DNA of 64,000 bases from Camelus dromedarius (Eukaryota): positions 61,010,001-61,074,000 of the forward strand of contig NC_087437.1 in the NCBI RefSeq assembly GCF_036321535.1, in the 5' to 3' direction. The stretch's first letter is position 1, and each line of letters starts with the position of its first letter. Below the pieces are notes generated by a model that did not search any database, was not told where the DNA came from, and worked only from the letters and a program-made list of their open reading frames with translations. Position numbers and translations under genes: made by a program. Positions 12,900 through 24,659 of the stretch are shown here, in pieces.

Positions 12900-13293
12900 C
12901 TCCCTTACCCTCTGATTTCTAGTTGAATTATGCCAAGGGGAACCCTAGAGGAAACAAGAAAGAGGGGAGTAAGACTGAAGCATTCATCTCCATGACTTCT
13001 CTCCAGGATCCCCGCAGTCTGGCTGGCTGTGCCCCTCAACTGAGAGTCATAGCTCCAGTGACATTGTGCTTTCCACATAGTCTCCCTTGCCACACAGCCT
13101 CTCTTCCCAGGTTCTGGTAGCTGCTTCCTCCTCTCTGCCCCTCCGATGGCGTGGGAGGAGCTCTCTGGTGTTGCTACAAGGAACCATCTTGTGCTTTCCC
13201 TACACCATGCCCACACCTTTGTAAATAATCCCTCTTCTCAAATTATCCAGTTTAACTGGGCCATCTGTTTCTTGCCAGGCCCCTGGCTGGTAC
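12900..13293 (+). mobile_element. ERVL LTR (LTR16/LTR33-like)
   Basis: 3' end cccacacctttgtaaataatccc ... gccatctgtttcttgccaggcccctggctggtac. Confidence 0.6.
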
Positions 13294-13954
13294 TGTTAGT
13301 TACACTAGGAAGCACACCAGATATTAAGTCATGTAAATGTTCCATATCTTGAAAATGCATTGAACAGTACACTTAAAATGAATATATTTTTATTACATGT
13401 AAATGATACCTCAATAAAGTTGATTTTTAAAAAAAAATGAGCCCATGAAATGGACCCATACCCATTGGTTCCCATGGCTCCCTTGAGCCTTCGTATATTT
13501 CCCATGACACAAGAGACCCCTGCCTACATGCTCCTCTGTGTCTCAAGAGACCCCTGAACCACAGAGAAAAACAGTTAACAGGGAGAAAAATGAAAACAAA
13601 ACAAAACAAAAAACCAATCTCCATGTCTTGCTCAAGTTATTATACTAGTTCCACATATTTGTTCTGAATAAAGGTATGCTTTTTAAAGTTTGTAATCTTA
13701 AGGTACTAAGAGAATTGAAGCTCAACTGTATGTGTGCTTCTCTAATTCCTCTTCCTGTCTGCAGATCTTAGTAAATGACAGCCTTATTTTAAGTTTGGAG
13801 ACTGTTGTCTATTTCCTCTACTCTTTCTCTACCATCCCTCAAGCTGTTTTCTACCAGTAGTTGAAAGGAAAAGACACCTATTCCCATGTATCATTATGTG
13901 ACTACTATTGTGCTCAAAATATTACTAATTTCAATGACAGATTCTTCAGGCGTT

Positions 13955-14673
13955 TGAAGAAAGGTTAAAATTCAGATCAGAATATGCTGCTTCAAAATAT
14001 GCTACTTGATCTAAAGATTATTTTAAGCTGAAGAAGACATTTGAGATTCAACAGATGCAGAAAAATAGCCTGCTCGAAGCTTCCTTATGTGACGCAAAGG
14101 AACAGTGTCTTGGAAATAAGGCTGCAATAAATTTCTCATCAGGGCAGATCTACTCCCAGAAGGAAGAACACGAATAAAACCTACCGCAAATTCCTCCTCC
14201 AGGGAAGTTTTATGGCCCTGAAGGAGACACAAAGACCATTCATACCTGTATAGACAAAGATTATTATGACTTTCTGATATCCTGTTTATTCTCCTGAAAA
14301 CTCCAATTTAAAAAGTCTTTCCAAGGGGAGAGTTTAGCTCAGTGGTAGAGTGCATGCTTAGCATGCATGAGGTCCTGGGTTCAAACCCCAGTACCTCCAT
14401 TAAAAAAAAAAAAAAACTTTCCAAAAAGTCATTTATCTTCCTGTAAGTGCCTTTCTCCCCCATCCCTTTTACATATTAAAATGGTATATAAGGCCCCAAA
14501 TTCTAACTACTCCTCTGAGTTACTTATCACTGTGTTTTCCTACATGTATGTGTGTTGCATGTGAAAATAAACTCTGTTCTTTTTCTTCTGTTAACCTGTC
14601 TTTTGTCAGTTTAATTTGCATGGCCCCAGTAACTGAACTTAAAGGGTAGAGGAAAAAGTTTTTCTCCCACACA
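13955..14673 (+). mobile_element. ERV1 solo LTR (MER34/MER39-like), interrupted by a SINE
   Basis: cagaatatgctgcttcaaaatatgc start motif, TATATAA near 14485, AATAAA near 14566, and a ...gtagaggaaaaagtttttctcccacaca end. Confidence 0.7.
14325..14416 (+). mobile_element. tRNA-Ala-derived SINE (camelid Vic-1 type, short form)
   Basis: GGGGAGAGTTTAGCTCAGTGGTAGAG...GGTTCAAACCCCAGTACCTCCA plus A-tail; CTTTCCAA repeated on both flanks as a TSD. Confidence 0.9.
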
Positions 14674-15602
14674 AGTAAGCTAGGGTTCCCTGATCTCATC
14701 CCAAATAAAGACTCTCTGGGCTGGTAGAAGGGGTGAAGAAGGAGAAGCATTACAATCTCAGGTGCAGTATCTGTTCCTAGAGAGGGAGATCCTTTGCCCC
14801 AGATCCCTGCATGTCTCAGAAACATGTCCAGAACAGCATGGAAACAGAGCAGACAACATTAGAACTTGCCTTGCCCCATTGTGGGATGGGAGGAGTAAGA
14901 CATTTCCTGTGTGCTCAAGAGTGACTCAGATGTGTAGCTCTGAGGGCCTTTGGACCCAAATGAAACCTTCAGATGGGAACAAGGGAGAACTCCATGGTGC
15001 CTGGGAGCCACTGGGCACCAGACAGGCTGTGCCAATATCTCAAAGATCCTGGTATGAATAGATGACAACCAAGGACCACATATATCCCCCAGGGGGACTA
15101 ATCAGGGCACCCTAGAACTTAGGCACAATCCATGCTGGGTAAAGCATGAGGAAACCAACTCAGTTGAAACTTGCCACCCCAGATCACAAGGGCACAGTAG
15201 AAATTAATTTGAATTATGGAAGAGGAAAGCTATTGTACAACTACTTCTCATTCAAGATTAGTATGAGCTATTTGTGGGGCTCATCCAGGATGTCAGAATT
15301 ATAGGGTAGCCCATATCTCCTTGAAGACTAAATACTAACACTTGACTAGGATTAGCGCAAAGCCATCCAGAGATAAAGACCATGATCTGGTGGGAAATTT
15401 GGTGTGCAGAGCTAATGTGACCCCTCAGAAGTCTTTGCTAATTTCAGAATTACCAGCAGACAGTGCTGAGAACAAGCATGAAAGAGTCCTACAGAATTAT
15501 TAAATTTCCTAGACAGACACAGGTAATAAAAGAGAGTGGAGCACCCTTGTTAGAGTTTGCATTTATGATTAAATTTTCTAAATCAGAGATGAGTGAATTC
15601 AT

Positions 15603-16055
15603 CGTTATGGATTGAATTACATGCCCCTAAATATATATATTTAGAGAAAGAGAGAGAGAGTCCTAATGCCCAGTACCTTGGAATGTGACGTTATTTGGAA
15701 ATAGGGTCATTGCAGATATAATTAAAGATGAGGTCATAGTGGATTATTTCAAGCCCTGAGACCAATATCACTGGTTTCCTTACAAGAAGATGGCCATATG
15801 AAAATGCAGGGACACCCAGGAAGAATGCCATGTGATGGCAGAGATTTGAGCTGTATGGCTCTAAACCAAGGAATGCCAAGAATTGCTTGTGAAACCAGAA
15901 GCTAAGAGAAAGGCATGGAATAAATTCTGCCCTAGAGCCTAATACCACTGACACCTTGGACTTCTAGCCTCTAAAACTGTGAAAGAAAAATAATTTCTGT
16001 TATTTTAAGCTACCTGGTTTGTGGTAATTTGCAGAAGCCCTATGTAACTAATGCA
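15603..16055 (+). mobile_element. MLT1 (B/C/D-like) MaLR LTR
   Basis: ttatggattgaatt ... gaatgtgacgttatttggaaatagggtcattgcagat ... ttttaagctacctggtttgtggtaattt. Confidence 0.85.
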
Positions 16056-16851
16056 GTCATTAAAATGCCTTTATCCCAGGGTGAATTTCTTTTTAGGAAA
16101 GGAATAGTAATTTCAATGGCAAAACCCCAGCTGCCAAAGAAGAGAGGCACTCAAAACCCTTTTAAAACTGTTGCACCTCTTAATCTGCCATAAAATTGGT
16201 GGCCTGGATATGTGATGAGTAACTGAGTTTTGGAGGATGAAACTAGTGTCTAGCTACTGTCCAGTCCCTGGCACCCAGGGAAGGAATTACTTGGGACCCT
16301 AAGTTTGCTGATAAGAGTTTAGGGAAGTGTAAGCATTACTAATCCACCCCCATGCCCAACCACTACTACTATTTGTGGTAAAAACGGACAATTCCTTAAT
16401 TCACAAAATGAATCTACAGCTATTAATGCAGAAACTAAGTCAGTCTTTGGGAAGAACACTGTCTCCAGAAGACAGAAAGTAATTAGAGTCCCCAAAATAT
16501 CTAGTTTGGTTGGTACCAAGTTTCGCTCTTAGTTAGTAGCCAAGACCCTGAAACTGGCCTATATTATCTGAGAAGGAAGATGGCAGATGGCATGGTTGAA
16601 ATATGAGGCTCCTATTGCCTTTCGACTGAGTCAGTGGCTCTGTCCTTCCTCTAGGTGTATGAGACCTATCAGAGGATTCACCCATCTCTGCGGAAGGCCA
16701 CATCCGTGGAGACTGGAGGAAATGGAACCAACATTCCACTTGGGAGACTTTCTGGGAGGATTACAAAGGGGTATCATTCACATGGATTCAGATCACCATC
16801 ATATCACCCTGAATCCAGGCTTACCTAAGAACACAAGTAGCCCAAAGGGAA

Positions 16852-17356
16852 TGTATTATCTATTGTCACGTAACAACTTACTCGAAAACTTAGTGACTTA
16901 AAATGACAATAAGCATTTATTATCTCACACAGTTTTTGTGGGTCAGGAGTGGCTTGGCTGAGTGTTTCTGGCTAGCACTCCTTCTCACGCTATAGACAAG
17001 TTGTCACTTAGGGCTGCAATCATCTGAAGATTTGGCTGGGACTGGAAAATCAGTGCCGGCTACTGGCAAGAGGCCTCAGTTCCTTGCCATGTGGGTCTCT
17101 CCACAGAGCTGCTTGAGTGTCCTCATAACATGACAGCTGCTTTCCCCAGAGCAAGTGATCCAAGACGGAGTAAGGTGGAAGCTGCAATTCCTTTTATGGC
17201 TTCATATTGGAAGTCTCATGCTGTTACTTTGGCCATGTTTTCATTAAAATGAAGTTATCAAATCTGGCCTATACTAAAGAAGAGAGGAATTAGGTACCAT
17301 TTTTTTTAAAAGAGTCATGTCAAAGAATTTGTAGATATGTTTGTTTAACTACCACA
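16852..17356 (-). mobile_element. MLT1-family MaLR LTR
   Basis: tgtattatctatt ... aaaacttagtgacttaaa ... catttattatctcacacagtttttgtgggtcaggag ... taactaccaca. Confidence 0.8.
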
Positions 17357-18321
17357 GGCATCATGAACACAGGCCTGGGCTGCTTTGTAAGAAGGAATTC
17401 CTGTCCTGTGGAATCTAATTTGGGACAAATACCTATGTCCCGTCATCAGGAAAGTCGGCGACTTTTGGATGAGATGTAATTTTCTTTGTAATCATGGCCT
17501 AAAACACAATTATGGCCAGTGAGAATAACGAAGAAATCTGCTAGGTGGTTCTGGGAAAGTTTTTGTCTTGTCTTTCCCCTTTCTTCCTGCCTCAAACACA
17601 GATGTGATGGCTGGAGCTGCAAAAACTACCCTGTAAACAGGAGCACAAGGCCAAGAGTTATCAGCCCTGACTTCACTGAACCAGTACCAACCAGCCTGCT
17701 TTCTCTTGGACCTCTCATTATGTAACAGAAACAACTCTCTATTAGTTAAGCCACTAGTGTTCAAGCTTTCTGTTACTGATAGCCATTCCTAACTAGTGCT
17801 AATTACATAGTAGAAAACAGGAAAAAGAAAGGAGTCAATTCTTATCTTCTGAATTTTAAAACCTAGGTCTCAGGGTGGTAAACAAAACCCAAAACAACCT
17901 CAGGGTATGGGCAGAAGATTTGGGAAATTAAATGATGGCTACCCAACACCTAGACCACATAAAGATTCCCTGGTCTGGAAATAATAAAAGTTAAATTGAG
18001 TTATGGAAAAATAAAATTGCTTTTCTTGTTCCATGAGTCTGTACACTAAGATTTATACTTACCAGGTGGTAACTCTCCTGTGACTGAAAATGTTATTTCC
18101 ATCTTACCCTTTGAAGTCTTACTACCACTCTTAACTCATGGTCATTCTCTGAAAATACACTTTTCTTCTATTCTTCTTGATTTTAACCACCCTTCTCTCT
18201 TCTCCCAGGCTTGAAGACTTGAGGTTGTCCTTCACTTTTGCCTCTAATCCACCTCCTACATCTGATCTATTATTTCTTGGCTTTTTTCTATTCACAGATA
18301 CTGGTTTATAACAACAAAATA

Positions 18322-18497
18322 TTTTCTTTTTTTGTTTTTGAAGTATGGTCAGTTTACAATGTTGTGTCGATTTCTGGTACACAGCATAATAGTTCAGTCA
18401 TACAGATACATATATTCGTTTTCATATTCTTTTTCATTGTAGGCTGCTACAAGATACTGAATTAGTTCCCTGTGCTATACAGTAGAAATTTGTTTAT
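18322..18497 (-). mobile_element. L1 3' terminal fragment
   Basis: T-tract then ttgaagtatggtcagtttacaatgttgtgtc ... gttccctgtgctatacagtag, the reverse complement of the L1 tails seen elsewhere in this window. Confidence 0.85.
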
Positions 18498-18631
18498 CTT
18501 ATTATTTCTTGACTTTTCTTTCGTTTCTCCTTCTCCTTCTCTCCTACTCTCTCCTGTCCCTCTTTCTCCACTTGCCTCCCTCTCTCCTGTCCTCTGTCCC
18601 CCTCTCTCTCCACCTCCTTCCCTCTGTCCTT
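18498..18631. repeat. CT-rich polypyrimidine low-complexity tract
   Basis: About 130 bp of nearly pure C/T on the + strand. Confidence 0.8.
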
Positions 18632-18774
18632 GAAGCCTTCTGTCATTGGGACTATTGACATTCTTAGTACATGAATTCCTCCCCATAATGGAGCTGCAGC
18701 TCCAGCAAAGCTGATCTGTTGAGGGAGGTGTTTGGATAGACTGTCCCACAGAGAACAACTAAAAATACTGGATG

Positions 18775-20410
<1,636 letters not shown>

Positions 20411-20635
20411 AAAAATACTGGATGCTGTTTTAAAACAAACAAAATTTCTTATATTCATTGAAGAGATGACAGGATAGTAAGGAATTAATGGGCCAAAGTC
20501 AAGAGAATGTGGAATCTTGGAAAGAAAAAGGGAGCACTGAAGTCTCCCCACTTTGAGGGCACCTGCTAGCTCTGGCAAACTTGAGCTTCAATTTTCACAA
20601 TCCCTTGGGGTCTGGAGTAAAGAAGTCAAAGGCTA

Positions 20636-20829
20636 GAGGGCTGGAAGCTACAGCTCAGTGGAAGCGCACATGCTTAGCATGCCCAAGGTCCTGGGTTCAA
20701 TCCCCAGTACCTCCTCTAAAAATAAATAAGTAAAACCTAACCATCTCCCTCCCACCAAAAATAATAAATTAAGCATGCAGGAGGCCCTGGGTTCAATTCC
20801 CAGTACCTCCATTGACAATAACAATAACA
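20636..20829 (+). mobile_element. Vic-1-type SINE followed by a second, 5'-truncated SINE unit
   Basis: agctcagtggaagcgcacatgcttagcatg ... then aagcatgcaggaggccctgggttcaattcccagtacctcc. Flanks aagtcaaaggc / aagtccagggc. Confidence 0.85.
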
Positions 20830-20857
20830 AAGTCCAGGGCCATGCAAGGTAGAGAGT

Positions 20858-21258
20858 TGTGTTAGTTTGCTAGGCCTGCCATAACAAAATGCCACAGACT
20901 GGATGGCCTAAACAACAGAAATTTATCTTCTCCACAGTTCTTAAGGCTAGATGTGCAAGACCAAGATGTCCACAGGTTTGGTTTAATTCTGGGGTCTTTC
21001 TCCTTGGCTTATAGATGGCCACCTTTTCTCTGTGTCTTCACATGGTCTTTCCTCTGAGCGTGCACATCCCTGGTGTCTCCTTTTGTGTCCACATTTCCTC
21101 TTCATAAAAACACCGGTCACATTGGATTACAGCCCACCCTAAGTTTTAACTTAATCACCTCTTTAAAGTCCCTCTCTCCAACCACAGTCAAGTTGTAAGG
21201 TGTTAGGTGTTAGACTTTCAACATGCAAATCAGAGAGTGATACAAGTTAGCCCCTAAA
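20858..21258 (-). mobile_element. MLT1 (A/C-like) MaLR LTR
   Basis: tgtgttagtttgctaggcctgccataacaaaatgccacagactggatggcctaaacaacagaaatttat. Confidence 0.85.
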
Positions 21259-21527
21259 AGGAGTATAGTATGAAACACTCCCCCAAAACACTAGGACCCC
21301 TCTGATGAGGGAGAACCAGAAGTAAATAACACTTCCACACCCTGTCACCATGAGGCTGCATGGAGGGCTGCCTCAATGATGGTTAATGGGGAGTGGGTGC
21401 CGTCTCTGAGAAGCTGGAGCCCCAGGGCAATTCCCACATGTTGATTTGTAGCCCAAGTTCATATCACCTATGTGGTTCAGAAACCCTCAAGTTACGAGTT
21501 TAGTTTAAATTGGTCCTGGTATGGTAG

Positions 21528-21870
21528 TGTTGGCCTAAAGCAAGTAGACTGCCATCTATTTCTCTGGCAAAGATGGGTTTATTCAGGATCAGCAGAGAAT
21601 TGCAACGCGGGGGGCGGTGGGGTAGGGGGGTTCAACCATGGTGAGCCACGTGCATTTCCCACACAGCAAGGGAAGGAGAAGCTTTTATAGAGAGGAAAAG
21701 GAAGTTGGGAGGGCTATAGTAAATAAAGAGTCCAAGGGTTTTCAATGGCTGAGTCCTCACCAGGAAAAAAGTTTTCTCCTTCCATTCAAGTTCTGCTTGG
21801 CAGGGCATGAGAGCTCCCCCTTCTGATCTCCAGGCTCTACTTAATTGAGGTTTCTATTAATTTTTTACCA
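21528..21870 (-). mobile_element. Short ERV-type solo LTR
   Basis: TG...CA-bounded block with a minus-strand AATAAA (tttatt at ~21579) and a minus-strand TATAAA-like motif near 21684, inserted in old L1 sequence. Confidence 0.55.
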
Positions 21871-22234
21871 TAGTGACTCTAAATGGTTGGCAGGAACAAA
21901 GGTTAATCTCTAGAGAAATCTTAACTTCAAAGAATTCCCATGAATTTTTTTGCAAAAAATAGGCACCTCGCATTAAAAAAATTAACTGAGCACATACAGA
22001 GAAACCCAGGCATCATGCATGAGAAGCAGGATAAATGACAATAAACACACATGCAAGGTTTTCAGATTTTAGAATTATCAAACAAAGATTTAAAAATAAC
22101 TATGATTATCATGTTTTGAAAGAACAGTATAGTGAATACCTGTATACTACTACTTAGGTTCAACAATTGTTAGCGTTTTATCATAGCTATTTTATATACC
22201 TTAAAATTTGTTGAACCATTTAAAAATGAATTGC

Positions 22235-22395
22235 AACAGGGAACTGTATGCAGTTTCTTGTAATAAGCTATAATGGAAAAAAATCTGAAAATATTTGTAT
22301 ATATATGTATGTATATGTATAAAAAAATCTCTTTGCTGTCCACCTAAACTAACATTGCAAATCAACTATACTTCAGTAAAAGATAAAACTAAGAA
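22235..22395 (+). mobile_element. L1 3' terminal fragment
   Basis: acagggaactgtatgcag ... ctataatggaaaaaaatctgaaaa ... aaatcaactatacttcagtaaaa. Confidence 0.8.
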
Positions 22396-22435
22396 AAAGT
22401 CTGTAAACTGCAGACTTCATAATATTTTATCTCTA

Positions 22436-22530
22436 GGAGGGAAGGTAGTAGCTCAATGGTAGAGCACATGCTTAGCATGCACAAGGTCCTGGATTCAATC
22501 CCCAGCACTTCCATTTAAAAAAAAAAAAAA
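22436..22530 (+). mobile_element. Vic-1-type SINE (short form)
   Basis: tagctcaatggtagagcacatgcttagcatgcacaaggtcctggattcaatccccag plus A-tail. Confidence 0.88.
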
Positions 22531-23139
22531 TCCCTAACTATGTTAGAATGTATCTCTGAGGAATAAAAACACTTTTTTCATAACTACAACATCATTATCA
22601 TATCTAAGAAAATTAATAATTGCCTAATGTCATCTCATATTGAGCCCATATTAAAATTTTCAGTTTGCCTAAAAAAGTTCAAAGCTATTTTGTTTTTTTG
22701 TTTTTGTTTTTGTTTACAGCTAGGATCCAATCAAGGCATTGCTTTGGTTGTTGTCTTTTCACTCCCTTTTCATCTAGGAAAATGACCTTGGCTTCCCCCT
22801 CCCCCACTCCCTGCTTGCCCCTGCCCATGACATTGACAATTTGAAGAGACCAGCACCGCTGTCTTGTGACATGTCTGTGGTCTGGATTTGCCTGAGTCTT
22901 CCTCATAGTGTCCTTTAACTTGTTCCTTGATCTTCCTGTATTTCTTGTAGTCTGGAAATTAGGCCCAGAAACTTAACAATTTTGCCGACAATATGTCATA
23001 GGTGATGCTGTGTATTTCCTAACATATCACATCGGGAATACAAAATACCAGGTTGACCTATGCTTAGTTGACCTATGCTTAGTTTGATCCCTTGGTTGAG
23101 GTGATGATTGACAGATGTCTTCCCCAAAATGAAATTTAA

Positions 23140-23522
23140 AAACTCCTGGACAGTTTATTAGCTTCTTATAAAGTCAAACATACATTGACTATATAACCCA
23201 GCAATTCTATACCCAGGTATATTCCCAAGGGAAGTGAAAACATATGTTTACCCAAAAACCTGTACATGAGTTGATAACAGCTTTGGCCCCTAACTGGAAA
23301 CAACCCAAATGCCCTTCAACTGGTGAATGGATAAACAGGTAAACATGCTTACAATGGAATCCTACTCAGCAATAAAAGAGAATGAAATACTGGTATAGGC
23401 AACAACATGGATGAATCTTAAATGTATTTTGCTAAACGAAAGAAGCCAGACTCAAAGGGCTCCATCCAGTATATTCTGTTTACACAACATTCGCGAAATA
23501 GTAAAAACCGTAGGAACAGAAA
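23140..23522 (+). mobile_element. L1MA/MB-like 3' fragment
   Basis: acccagcaattc ... aactggaaacaacccaaatgcccttcaactggtgaatggataaac ... tactcagcaataaaagagaatgaa. Confidence 0.85.
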
Positions 23523-24659
23523 ACTCTAATTCTAAACCAAAATACCAGTTTTAAAATCTCATATTGAGAAACAGGAGTTTCCAATGACCAACATACTCCT
23601 ACACCATTCTCCTGGTATCAAAGAACCTGGAAAGGTCACATATTACTCAGAGGGATTCTAGGGAAAAGTAGAATCAGAGCAAAGGAAGCGGAGGAATATT
23701 TCATCATGCTCTGAGTGCAGCTTTATGAATGGAGCAGATTCCGGCCATTGACTAATTAACACCCATTCCCCTCCTTCTTTCTTCCAAAGAGCACCAGACT
23801 TTAGGGAAATACCCACCTTCCTCCACGAAGCCATATGCTTTACTAAACCAGTTATGTTTATCTCACATTCCTTGGCAGGGACAGCTCTAGGAACAAAACT
23901 GTGACTCAATTCAAACCAATGAATTTTGAAGGAAAGTCCCTAAAGGGACTTCTAGGAAATGTTTCCTTTCTCAATTAAAACAAACAAACAAACAAACAAA
24001 CACAGCAGAAGAGATAAGCTGGCTCTTCTTTGAATGTGACTGTGATGCTTGGAGCTGCTGCAGCTTTCTTGCTACCACCTTAGGACAAAGCTCAGGCAGA
24101 TGAGGGAAAGTCAAGAGAGAAGCAGACCTGGAGCCCTGTGGTACTGGCCACAGACCTTGCCCTAACTTTTATGATTTAAGCCAGGTAAGTTGAGATTTCC
24201 TGATATAATATATAGTATTCTAAACAGCTTAATGCCTGTCCCACAATGTAATACATATTTTCGGTGGTGATAACATTCAGTTCACCTGAAAGGTAAAAAA
24301 AAAAAAAAAACAGATATTTTTATCCTTTGGATTTTCTTTTTATAGCTGCAGTATATACCACTCCTCAAAATTCTTGTCAGCTCATTTTTGGGGTCAAATT
24401 TCAGTCTCACCCCCTTACCTTACAGATATTTCTAGTTTTAATGTAGTCAAATTTGTTACTTTTTGCCTTTATGGCTTGTGATTTTATGTTTTCTTTAAGA
24501 AATCTTTACCTTCCTTGATCAGACCCTCCTGAGACAGAACTGCAGGGCTTTCCCATCACCTCCTGGTCTGTGTGAATGGCGCCCCCTGGAGCACTAAGTG
24601 CATGGCATCCCCTCCTTAAGTTACGCAAAGCAGTTTGACTTGGAGTCTTCAGGATAAGC

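Noticed and set aside
14700..16850. Hidden gene or ERV internal coding region between LTRs
   Set aside because: Only short ORFs, with no recognisable gag/pol motifs or consistent splice structure. A Dfam or tBLASTx search would be needed to classify it.
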